Shown here in pieces: positions 39,059 to 46,946 of a stretch of 64,000 nucleotides of DNA. Source of the DNA: Ilumatobacteraceae bacterium (GTDB taxonomy: Bacteria > Actinomycetota > Acidimicrobiia > Acidimicrobiales > Ilumatobacteraceae); contig CAWFYU010000022.1 of NCBI GenBank assembly GCA_963820085.1, positions 193,984 to 257,983 on the forward strand, read 5' to 3'. A program made the position numbers and the translations under genes. The notes beneath the pieces were generated by a model. That model did no database searches and was not told the origin of the DNA. It saw only the letters and a program-made list of their open reading frames with translations. Every line of letters begins with the position of its first letter. Position 1 is the first letter of the stretch.

Positions 39059-39372
39059 GGCGCCACTCCGAACTGGTCGGTGACAGACTTGGTCTGGGTC
39101 ACGATGCTGCGCTCGGCATGCGCATAGTTGGCTGCCGCCTGGGCGATCTGATCGGCGTCCACGCCCAACGCCGTCATCCCCGCAACTGCGAACGCATCGA
39201 CGGCCAGCCCGAACTGGGCGATTCCCTGGCCGAAGCCGGGCGCCACCGCCGCCGCAGCGGTGGCCGCGGGAGCCTCGGCGGTCGGCCTCGAACCGAGCGA
39301 CTGTCGCACCCGTTCCAACAGTGCCGGGATCTCTCCGAGCGCACGAACATCGACGGAAAAGGTTTGGTCCAT
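39055..39372 (-). CDS. Small (105 aa) Ala-rich helical protein, possibly a type-VII-secretion-associated (EspC/WXG-like) partner
   Basis: MDQTFSVDVRALGEIPALLERVRQSL... with an Ala-rich middle and a helical C-terminus. It is translationally coupled to the hydrolase. The functional call is weak. Confidence 0.45.
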   Translation of the reverse strand: MDQTFSVDVRALGEIPALLERVRQSLGSRPTAEAPAATAAAAVAPGFGQGIAQFGLAVDAFAVAGMTALGVDADQIAQAAANYAHAERSIVTQTKSVTDQFGVAP

Positions 39373-39505
39373 GCCGCTGATGATGTCGATTCGGGCGCGG
39401 GCCGCCCATCGGCAGAACTACCCCAATCGATGCACCTGCGTTGCAACTACTCACCCCACCTGGTATCGATACTCACGACGACGACGTGACTACTCACCCC
39501 ACACC

Positions 39506-39687
39506 GGTTGCGATGAGTTCTGGTCGCACCCCCTGCAGCCGCAACTCATCGTTCCAGCCCCGCCACGGGTTGCGATGAGTTCTGGTCGCACCTCCTGCAG
39601 CCGCAACTCATCGTTCCAGCCCCGCCACGGGTTGCGATGAGTTCTGGTCGCATCTCCTGCGGCCCGATCTCATCGCGGCAGGACACG
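39506..39687. repeat. 62-bp tandem repeat, 2 full copies plus 1 diverged copy, each with an internal 9-bp inverted repeat
   Basis: Units at 39506-39567 and 39568-39629 differ at a single position. The third unit (39630-~39687) diverges after about 25 nt. Stem: cgatgagtt...aactcatcg. Confidence 0.9.
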
Positions 39688-39709
39688 TCGCTACGGGTTG
39701 TGGAGCGGG

Positions 39710-40354
39710 TTACTCGCGGACGAGTTCGACAGGGTCGCCGACGTGGATGGTGCCGGGCGTGAGGACGGCAGCGTTGAGAGCGAGCTTCCCGTCGAAGCGA
39801 GTGACGATGTCTTTCAGCACGGTGCGGTCGATGGCGAGGGTGTCGGGGTCGACGGTGGTCATGGGGCAACGGCCGCGTCGGGAGTCGAGTGCGATGACGA
39901 TGTCGCCGATGTGCAGTTGCGCGCCGGGCCAACTGATTTCGTCCATGCCGTCGACCCCGTTGATCACGATGTTGGGGCGGAGCCGGCGGACGTCGCGACC
40001 GAAGGAGGCAATGGCGCCGTCGGTCGCCACGAGCAACGGGAGCACATCGAACCGTTCGCCGCCGTCGTAGCGAGCGAGAACAGCATCAGCGCCGGCAGCG
40101 ACACGGATGCGGTCGCCGATCTCCGGTGCGGTCCACGGTCGACCCTCGACGAGTGGTTCGCCGTCGGGGCCGAGTGTGGCGTGGAGGCCGAGCAGGTTGT
40201 GGTGGCGGCGCGAGGTGCGGACGCCTTCTGGGCCGCGCACATGAACGATGCGGTCCCCGACGATGCCGTCGGTCGTGATCTCGGCGGTATCGAGGCGTTC
40301 TCCGGCGAGGGTCTTGACGGGGTAGCGCCAGAGCGCACCGACCGTGCGGGTCAT
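39710..40354 (-). CDS. MOSC domain-containing protein
   Basis: [22 protein letters not shown]..., RFRPNIV-like RLRPNIVI, and the GRCPMTTVDPDT Cys motif. ATGA overlap with the upstream TetR gene. Confidence 0.8.
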   Translation of the reverse strand: MTRTVGALWRYPVKTLAGERLDTAEITTDGIVGDRIVHVRGPEGVRTSRRHHNLLGLHATLGPDGEPLVEGRPWTAPEIGDRIRVAAGADAVLARYDGGERFDVLPLLVATDGAIASFGRDVRRLRPNIVINGVDGMDEISWPGAQLHIGDIVIALDSRRGRCPMTTVDPDTLAIDRTVLKDIVTRFDGKLALNAAVLTPGTIHVGDPVELVRE

Positions 40355-40935
40355 ATCGGGGTCGCTTCGAGGAGTTGACGAACAGCAGACCGTGCTGCAT
40401 CGAGCGGGTCGGTGTTGGCGAAGATGGCGCATTGCACGATGGCGCCGTCGACGATGACGGCGAGCGCGCCCGCGAGCCAGGGCGGCGGGTTCGGACGTTG
40501 ACGTGACGCCAGATGTGCAAGGTGTCCGATGAGGTGGCGTTTGTGTGAGGCGATGATCAAGCGGTGCGCGTCGTCGATCTCGTTGGCCTCGGCGAGGGAG
40601 TTGACGAAGGCGCAGCCGCGGTAGCCGGGCGACACGACCCAGTCGCCGATGGCGTCGAACACTGCGGTCACCGGATCGACTCCGGCTTCAACATGGCGGT
40701 CGATGCTGGTCGTGAACCACGCCATCCACGTGTCGTGACGATCGGTCAGCCAAGCGGCGACGAGGTCGCGCTTGGAGGGGAACATGATGTAGAGCCGACG
40801 CATCGACACCCCTGACGCATCGCGGACGTTGCTCATGACAACCCCGGTGATGCCGTGGGCGTAGAACAACTCATCGGCAGCGTGCAGCACAGCGCGTCGG
40901 GACTCGTCGATCGACAGGGTCGCAGCTCGGCTCAT
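40351..40935 (-). CDS. TetR/AcrR-family transcriptional regulator
   Basis: N-terminal helix-turn-helix [41 protein letters not shown]. Confidence 0.85.
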   Translation of the reverse strand: MSRAATLSIDESRRAVLHAADELFYAHGITGVVMSNVRDASGVSMRRLYIMFPSKRDLVAAWLTDRHDTWMAWFTTSIDRHVEAGVDPVTAVFDAIGDWVVSPGYRGCAFVNSLAEANEIDDAHRLIIASHKRHLIGHLAHLASRQRPNPPPWLAGALAVIVDGAIVQCAIFANTDPLDAARSAVRQLLEATPI

Positions 40936-41393
40936 CGCAGCGGGAGTCCGCTTGTGTCGCTGTCAGGGCGCGGCCCGAAGATGCGCCGCTCGACTTCGTT
41001 GATGGCGATGTCGTTGATGCTGGCCTCCCGGCGCCGCATGTAGCCGTGCTCGTCGAACTCCCAGTTCTCGTTTCCGTACGACCGAAACCATCGACCATCA
41101 GCGTCGTGCCACTCATATTGGAAGCGCACCGCGATGCGGTTGTCGCGGAACGCCCACAGTTCTTTGCGCAGTGCGTAGTCGAGTTCGCGTTCCCACTTGG
41201 CCCGCAGGAAGGCGACGATCTGGTCGCGGCCCTCGACGAACTCCGAGCGGTTCCGCCACACAGAATCGATCGTGTACGCCCCGGCAACGCGTTCGGGGTC
41301 ACGCGTGTTCCACGCAGCCTCGGCTGCGAGCACCTTGTGCTCCGCCGAGGTCGCATCGAACGGCGGGAGGGGTGGCTTCGTCGGGCTTGGCAT
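40932..41393 (-). CDS. DUF1348 / NTF2-like (SnoaL-fold) protein
   Basis: [26 protein letters not shown]...[16 protein letters not shown]...[21 protein letters not shown] closely matches my recollection of DUF1348. ATG at 41393, with an ATGA overlap to the TetR gene. Confidence 0.85.
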   Translation of the reverse strand: MPSPTKPPLPPFDATSAEHKVLAAEAAWNTRDPERVAGAYTIDSVWRNRSEFVEGRDQIVAFLRAKWERELDYALRKELWAFRDNRIAVRFQYEWHDADGRWFRSYGNENWEFDEHGYMRRREASINDIAINEVERRIFGPRPDSDTSGLPLR

Positions 41394-41409
41394 CGGTGCG
41401 ACTCCAGGA

Positions 41410-41429
41410 GTGAGAATGAGTATTCTCAC
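41410..41429. promoter_or_regulatory. Perfect 8-bp inverted repeat with 4-bp spacer (GTGAGAAT-gagt-ATTCTCAC); candidate TetR operator
   Basis: Lies 17 nt upstream of the first start codon of the DUF1348-TetR-MOSC operon, in a 292-nt divergent intergenic region. Confidence 0.5.
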
Positions 41430-41685
41430 AGTGTACGAGAACCTCCCCTCACATGTCAAGAGGTGCAGGTTCGAGCAACTCGTTGCATCGACGAACAGCG
41501 GCACCAGTCAAATTGAGACGGCACGCGACCCGCAACAACTACGCTTTCCCGAACCCCAATGAGTTGAACCGACCCTGACCGTCGGCGCCGCCGTGCACCG
41601 ACGAATCCGCCGACACAGAGCTGAGAAAAGCGCGAGAACTCCTTCCCCTGGCCCTCTGGACAGGTGAGGAGGAGGCACATGCCCC

Positions 41686-42699
41686 ATGACGATCAGAACT
41701 CCCGACGCGCAGCTCGTGGCAAGCCACTTGGCCGGCGACCCCGGCGCGCTCGCAGGGATCTACGATCGATACGCCGACTCGCTGTACGACACGGCAGCAG
41801 CGATGCTGAGCAATCGCGAGGATGCCGCCGACGTGACGCAGGACGTCTTCCTCATCGCGGCATCGAAACTCGACCAGCTCCGCGACCCCGACCGCCTCAA
41901 ACCGTGGATGTTCGCCATCTTGCGCAACGAGGTGTACCGGCGCACGAAACAGCGCAAACGAACGATCGCGACCGACTTCTCGAACGACGACATGGCCGCC
42001 GCATCAGGCTTCGACATGACTGACCGACGCGGCCTCGACGCCGACGTCGAAGCAGTCGAGAGCACCGAACTTGCCGCGCTGGTTCGCGCCGCAGCACGCG
42101 GGCTCGACGAGCGCGATCAACTGGTGCTCGAGTTGTCGGTCCGCCAAGGGCTCGAAGGACAGGACCTCGCCGACGCTCTCGGCGTGTCTGCCAACCAGAG
42201 CTACACGCTCGTGCATCGCATGCGTGATCGCGTCGACAAGAGCCTCGGCGCGTTCTGCGTCGCCAAGGCCGGCAGGAAGGACTGCGACGACCTCGATGGC
42301 ATCCTCGGCGCGTGGGACGGTGAGTTCACCGTCCTCATCCGCAAGCGCGTGGCCCGCCACATCGAACAGTGCGAGACCTGCGCGAACAGCCGGCGCAAGG
42401 TCGCCCCGCTCGCGCTCTTCGGCGGAGCGCCGGCGTTCGCTGCCCCCGCTGCCCTGCGCGACCGCGTGCTCGGTGCGCTTCACGGGCAATCCGTTGCACT
42501 GGCCGGAGGCGGCGGGCCGAGCATCCCGTACGTGTTCACCGCCGAAGGAGGCTTCCCCGACTGGCGTCGGCGGGCCGCAAGCTGGCCGGATGGATCGCCC
42601 CGACCGCGGCCGCATCGTTGCTGCTTGTCGCTGCTGGCGCCGGGTTCTGGTTCATCGGCGTCGACGACGCCCCGGACACCTTCCAGAGCGCCGTGGTGA
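41686..42699 (+). CDS. ECF-type sigma-70 family factor fused in frame to a zf-HC2 (ZAS-like) anti-sigma N-terminal domain
   Basis: Region 2 (DVTQDVFLIAASKLDQLRDPDRLKPWMFAILRNEVYR), region 4 (LDERDQLVLELSVRQGLEGQDLADALGVSANQSYTLVHRMR), then CDDLDGILGAWDGEF...ARHIEQCETC (HxxxCxxC). A GGAGG-rich site precedes the ATG at 41686. The last about 45 codons of this ORF look out of frame. Confidence 0.75.
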   Translation: MTIRTPDAQLVASHLAGDPGALAGIYDRYADSLYDTAAAMLSNREDAADVTQDVFLIAASKLDQLRDPDRLKPWMFAILRNEVYRRTKQRKRTIATDFSNDDMAAASGFDMTDRRGLDADVEAVESTELAALVRAAARGLDERDQLVLELSVRQGLEGQDLADALGVSANQSYTLVHRMRDRVDKSLGAFCVAKAGRKDCDDLDGILGAWDGEFTVLIRKRVARHIEQCETCANSRRKVAPLALFGGAPAFAAPAALRDRVLGALHGQSVALAGGGGPSIPYVFTAEGGFPDWRRRAASWPDGSPRPRPHRCCLSLLAPGSGSSASTTPRTPSRAPW

Positions 42700-43614
42700 C
42701 CTCGTCCACTGAACCCGTCCGAACCACCCCACCGTCGACCCAACCGGTCACCGTCGACGCAGACGCCGAGTCCGACCCGCCCGATTCTTCCTCGACGGCG
42801 ACCACCTCAGAGCACACCGCCGGCTGCCACCGCCCCGGTCACGACACCGCCGCTGACCACGCTTGCCCCGACCGACCCGCCGGACGCGGGAGCGCCGACG
42901 ACACGACCACCATCGACGCGCCCACCGGCAACGACACGGCCATCGACCGCACCGCCCACCGCACCGCCCACCGCGCCGCCCGCGGCCGGTGTGCTGACCG
43001 GTTCGGCCACGTCGGTTGCGCTCGGCAGCACTGCTGCGCAATCGATCACCCTCTCCAACCCCGGTGGTACACCCGTCAACTGGTCCGCATCATCGGCTGC
43101 GCCTTTCACGATCGCACCCAGCGCCGGCACTCTGGCTCCCGGCGCAAGTACCCCGGTGACGATCAGCCTCGATCGGAGCGGCCTCGGGGAAGGAACCGTG
43201 TCGACCACGATCTCCTTCGTCGGTGACGCCGGGCAGAGCTGGCCGCTCACCATGAGCGCCGACATCGAACGTCCGCCCACGATCTCCAACATCGCGGGTC
43301 CCACGATGCAATGCGTGCGCTATGCCGTCGGCGCCGGGTTCATCACGGCCTGGCAGGCAACGGTCAGCGCATCGATCGTGGACGAATCCGGAGGCACGGC
43401 GACTTTTTCCATCTCGGGGCCCGGTGGCCGATCGGGGTCGGCGTCGGCGCCGAACAGCTCGTCCTGGTCGGCAACGGCGACCAGCCCCGCGAACGGCGAC
43501 GTCATCCAGACGTCGCCGACCGGCACGTGGAACTGGACCATCACGGCTACCGACACCCGGAACAACACTTCGACGTCCAGCGGTTCCATCTCCGTCAACT
43601 GCCCGCAGCTCTGA
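42546..43614 (+). pseudogene. TM anchor, PT-rich linker and Ig-like extracytoplasmic region; continuous with the sigma/ZAS ORF only if two frame changes are allowed
   Basis: The TM helix KLAGWIAPTAAASLLLVAAGAGFWFIGV is in the frame of ORF 42369. The PT-rich linker and the domains SITLSNPGGTPVNWSAS...PGASTPVTISL are back in the original frame (open from 42700 to 43614). Confidence 0.45.
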
Positions 43615-43692
43615 GCATCGGCCACAGGTGTCTGCCGGCGCTCCGCAGGTCAGCCGACACTCGTTACCAGACGGTAACAACCTGCCGATATC

Positions 43693-45012
43693 GTGCTCCG
43701 GATGTCATCGGCAGGAACGCATCGGCTGCTCGATCCCGACGAGCCACTCAAGCTCGCCTACCTGACGTATCGCGGCAAGCCGCACGTCGGCGGCCAAGGG
43801 GTCTACACCCGCCACCTCACCAAGGCCCTTGCCGATCTCGGCCACACCGTCGAGGTGCTCGGCGGACAGCCCTACCCCGTGCTCGACGAGCGGGTGCCGC
43901 TCACCAAGCTGCCGAGCCTCGACACATTCAACGATCACTATCCCGGCCGCGTCCCGGGGTTCTGGGAGATCAAGAACCGCGACGATCTGCTCGAACTGGC
44001 CCAGTTCCTCACCGGCGTCTTTCCCGAGCCGCTGGCATTCAGCGCCCGGGCGAAGCGCAACCTGCTCCCCCGGGCCCATGAGTTCGACCTCGTGCACGAC
44101 AACCAGTGCCTCGGGTACGGCATCTTGAAGATCGAGGAGAAGATCCCGACGATCGTCACCCTGCACCATCCGATCACGAAAGACCGCAAGCTCGAAATGG
44201 AGCACGCCAAGAATTGGCACAAGCGGTGGTCGGTGGGCCGGTGGTACTCGTTCGTCAAGATGCAGGGCAAGGTCGCGTCGCAGCTGCCGCGCATCGTCGT
44301 GGTGAGTCAGAACTCGATCGATGACATCCACACCGACATGGGGGTGAGCATCGACCGCATGCGGCTCGTTCCCGTCGGCGTCGACCCCGACCTGTTCAAG
44401 CCGCTCGATCACGTCGCTCGCAAGCCCGCCCACCTCATCACCACGGCGTCGGCCGACGTGGCACTCAAGGGCCTGTCGTACCTGCTCGAAGCCATGGCGA
44501 AGCTACGCACCGAGCGCGACGTCACCCTCACGATCATCGGCAAACCCCGGCCCGGTCACTCGATGGACCTGATCGACTCGCTCGGCCTCGAACCGCACAT
44601 CGAGTTCGTCTCGGGGGTGACCGACGAACGAATCGTCGAGCTGTATGCCGAGGCCGAACTGGCCGTGGTGCCGTCGCTGTACGAAGGCTTCTCGCTGCCC
44701 GCGATCGAGGCGATGTGCACCGGCACGCCGCTCGTGGCAACCGATGGCGGCGCCCTTCCCGAGGTCACCGGCGCCGACAACGACACCGTCTTCGGGTGCA
44801 AGGCCGGCGACGTCGACAGCCTGGTCGAGGCGCTCAAACGGGCGCTCGACAACCCCGCCGCACGGGCCCGCGTGGGTGCCGCCGGCCGCCAGCGCGTCCT
44901 CGACCGTTGGACCTGGCGCCTCTGTGCCACCCAGACCGTCGAGCAGTATCGCGAGGTGCTGGCCATGCCCCACAACATCGCCAAGCTGAAGCGCAACGGG
45001 CGCATCAAGTAG
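43693..45012 (+). CDS. Glycosyltransferase family 4 (GT-B, retaining type)
   Basis: YRGKPHVGGQGVYTRHLTKALADLGH and the C-terminal EGFSLPAIEAMCTGTPLVATDGGALPEV motif. The start is GTG 43693 or ATG 43702. Confidence 0.85.
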   Translation: MLRMSSAGTHRLLDPDEPLKLAYLTYRGKPHVGGQGVYTRHLTKALADLGHTVEVLGGQPYPVLDERVPLTKLPSLDTFNDHYPGRVPGFWEIKNRDDLLELAQFLTGVFPEPLAFSARAKRNLLPRAHEFDLVHDNQCLGYGILKIEEKIPTIVTLHHPITKDRKLEMEHAKNWHKRWSVGRWYSFVKMQGKVASQLPRIVVVSQNSIDDIHTDMGVSIDRMRLVPVGVDPDLFKPLDHVARKPAHLITTASADVALKGLSYLLEAMAKLRTERDVTLTIIGKPRPGHSMDLIDSLGLEPHIEFVSGVTDERIVELYAEAELAVVPSLYEGFSLPAIEAMCTGTPLVATDGGALPEVTGADNDTVFGCKAGDVDSLVEALKRALDNPAARARVGAAGRQRVLDRWTWRLCATQTVEQYREVLAMPHNIAKLKRNGRIK

Positions 45013-45022
45013 GACCCGCCAC

Positions 45023-45793
45023 ATGCTGACGATCAAGTTCGACCATCTCGACCTCGCGCCCGGCGATCGTGTGCTCGACGTGGGGGCCGGGTTCGGCCGC
45101 CACGTCTTCGAGTGCGCTCGACGCGGCGCCGACGTGGTGGCGCTCGACTACGCCGAAGACGAAGTGGTGCAGACACGTGCGACGCTCGGGGCGATGGTCG
45201 AAGCCGGCGAGATCGACGTCGACCGCTTCAAAGGAGTGTTGCGCGGCGACGCCACGAAGCTCCCGTTCGACGACGGCGCCTTCGACGTCGTCATCACCTC
45301 CGAAGTGCTCGAACACATCCAGGACGATGTCGCGGCGATCGCCGAGATGGTCCGGGTGTTGAAGCCTGGCGGCATGTTCGCAGCGACGGTCCCGGCGTGG
45401 CTCCCCGAGAAGATCAACTGGATGTTGAGCGAGGAATACCATGCCCCGATCAGCGTCGGTGGCCACCTGCGCATCTACTCGGCAACCGAACTGAAGGCCA
45501 AGCTCGTCGCCGCGGGCCTGCAGCCGCGCGGCACCCATCGCGCCCACGCGCTGCACTCGCCGTACTGGTGGCTGAAGTGCGCCGTCGGGCCGACCAACAA
45601 CGACCATCCACTGGTCACGAAGTACCGCAAGTTCTTGGAGTGGGACATCATGCAGCAGCCCACCTCGACCAAGATCGCCGAGAAGGTGCTCTCCCCGGTC
45701 CTTGGCAAGAGCATCGTCTTCTACGGCCGCAAACCCGCGAATGTCGCGATGGGGCCAGGCACCAACGCAACACTCGAAAAGGCGAACGCATGA
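45023..45793 (+). CDS. Class I SAM-dependent methyltransferase
   Basis: Motif I VLDVGAGFGRH and the post-I acidic VVALDYAEDE. The last about 17 codons run through a copy of the 31-bp palindromic element. Confidence 0.85.
   Translation: MLTIKFDHLDLAPGDRVLDVGAGFGRHVFECARRGADVVALDYAEDEVVQTRATLGAMVEAGEIDVDRFKGVLRGDATKLPFDDGAFDVVITSEVLEHIQDDVAAIAEMVRVLKPGGMFAATVPAWLPEKINWMLSEEYHAPISVGGHLRIYSATELKAKLVAAGLQPRGTHRAHALHSPYWWLKCAVGPTNNDHPLVTKYRKFLEWDIMQQPTSTKIAEKVLSPVLGKSIVFYGRKPANVAMGPGTNATLEKANA
45742..45772. repeat. Single direct-orientation copy of the 31-bp palindromic unit, inside the 3' end of the methyltransferase ORF
   Basis: tgtcgcgatggggccaggcaccaacgcaaca, translated as VAMGPGTNAT. Confidence 0.8.
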
Positions 45794-46878
45794 GCGTGGT
45801 ACCCGCACTCGACGGCGTCGCCACCGCCGACGAGATCAGCGAGACCGCCGAGCACCTGGCGAGCCTGCAGTTGCCGAACGGCATGATCCAGTGGTTCCCG
45901 GGCGGCCACAGCGACCCGTGGAACCACATCGAGTCGGCCATGGCGCTCGACGTCGCCGGGTTGCATGCCGAGGCCGAACGGGCCTATGAGTGGTTGGCCG
46001 ACATCCAGCGCGACGACGGCAGCTGGCACAACTACTACCGCGCCGACGGATCGATCGAGGACCCCAAGCTCGACACGAACGTGTGCGCCTACATCGCTAC
46101 CGGCGTGTGGCATCACTGGCGCAGCACCTGGGATCGCGGGTTTGCCGAGAACCTGTGGCCGACCGTCGAGCGGGCCCTTGACTTCGTCTTGTCGTTGCGT
46201 CGTGACGACGGCGTTCCCCTCTGGGCGATCGAACCCGACGGTCGTCCGTGGGACTATGCGCTGCTCACCGGCACGGCGAGCATTCAGCATGCGCTGCGCT
46301 GCGGCGCCCACCTCGGCGAGGCCATCGGTTCGCCTCGACCCGAGTGGAGCTTGGCGGCCGCGACGATGTGCGAAGTCATCCGCACCCGGCCCGACGCCTT
46401 CGCCCCGAAAGAGCGGTGGGCGATGGACTGGTACTACCCCGTCTTGACGAGTGCGCTCACCGGCGAGCAGGCCAAGGCCCGCATGGCCGATGGGTGGGAT
46501 CGCTTCGTGATGGAGGGCCTCGGTGTTCGATGCGTCGACGACGAACCCTGGGTCACGGCATCGGAGACTGCCGAGTGTGCGCTGGCCTTCGCCGTCCTCG
46601 GCGACGTCTCGACGGCGACCGACCTGCTGCGCTGGACCCGATCGCACCGCATCCCGACCGAAACGGGCGGTCCCCTCACGGCGACCGTCGGGATCGATGC
46701 ACCGGGCGCGTATTGGACCGGCATCGTTCACGCCGACACTGCGCCGCGGCGCGTGCTGTTCCCGTTCGACGAACACACCTCCTACACCGCGGCTGCGGTG
46801 ATCCTCGCCGTCGACGCGATCACGCAGACCACGCAGGCATCGAACCTCTTCGTCGAACGCACACCATTTCTCGGGTAG
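45790..46878 (+). CDS. Prenyltransferase/squalene-cyclase-like (alpha/alpha toroid repeat) protein
   Basis: Repeated aromatic/Asp-rich helical hairpins (QLPNGMIQWFPGGHSDPWNHIESAMAL, DDGSWHNYY, RRDDGVPLWAI). ATGA overlap with the methyltransferase stop. The family call is moderate. Confidence 0.6.
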   Translation: MSVVPALDGVATADEISETAEHLASLQLPNGMIQWFPGGHSDPWNHIESAMALDVAGLHAEAERAYEWLADIQRDDGSWHNYYRADGSIEDPKLDTNVCAYIATGVWHHWRSTWDRGFAENLWPTVERALDFVLSLRRDDGVPLWAIEPDGRPWDYALLTGTASIQHALRCGAHLGEAIGSPRPEWSLAAATMCEVIRTRPDAFAPKERWAMDWYYPVLTSALTGEQAKARMADGWDRFVMEGLGVRCVDDEPWVTASETAECALAFAVLGDVSTATDLLRWTRSHRIPTETGGPLTATVGIDAPGAYWTGIVHADTAPRRVLFPFDEHTSYTAAAVILAVDAITQTTQASNLFVERTPFLG

Positions 46879-46946
46879 CGCCGTGCGCGGGCCCGCACCC
46901 GGCGGCCGATCTCCAGCGGACGCTGGTGCGATGCGCGCTGCGTTCT

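Noticed and set aside
36212-39372. Calling this locus a type VII secretion system
   Set aside because: Only candidate substrate-like proteins are present. No EccB/C/D, EssC, MycP or other core components occur in the window, so the claim is limited to a T7SS-substrate-like module.
39059-39454. 132-codon N-terminal extension of the hydrolase ORF 37685..39454
   Set aside because: It is Arg/Gly/Cys-rich junk overlapping the better-looking 105-aa ORF in another frame. The GTGA coupling at 39055-39058 gives a sensible start.
39506-39687. Possible CRISPR array or coding repeat (62-bp units)
   Set aside because: The units are directly abutting, with no spacers. The ORFs across them (39260..39640 +, 39546..39932 -) are just repeat translations rich in Arg/Pro/His.
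42369-43226. ORF 42369..43226 (285 aa) as an independent gene
   Set aside because: Only its TM segment and the short linker that follows (about 42570-42800) look protein-like. The N-terminus is out-of-frame over the ZAS domain and the C-terminus is Arg/His-rich over the PT linker. It is best explained as the middle piece of the frame-shifted sigma/anti-sigma gene.
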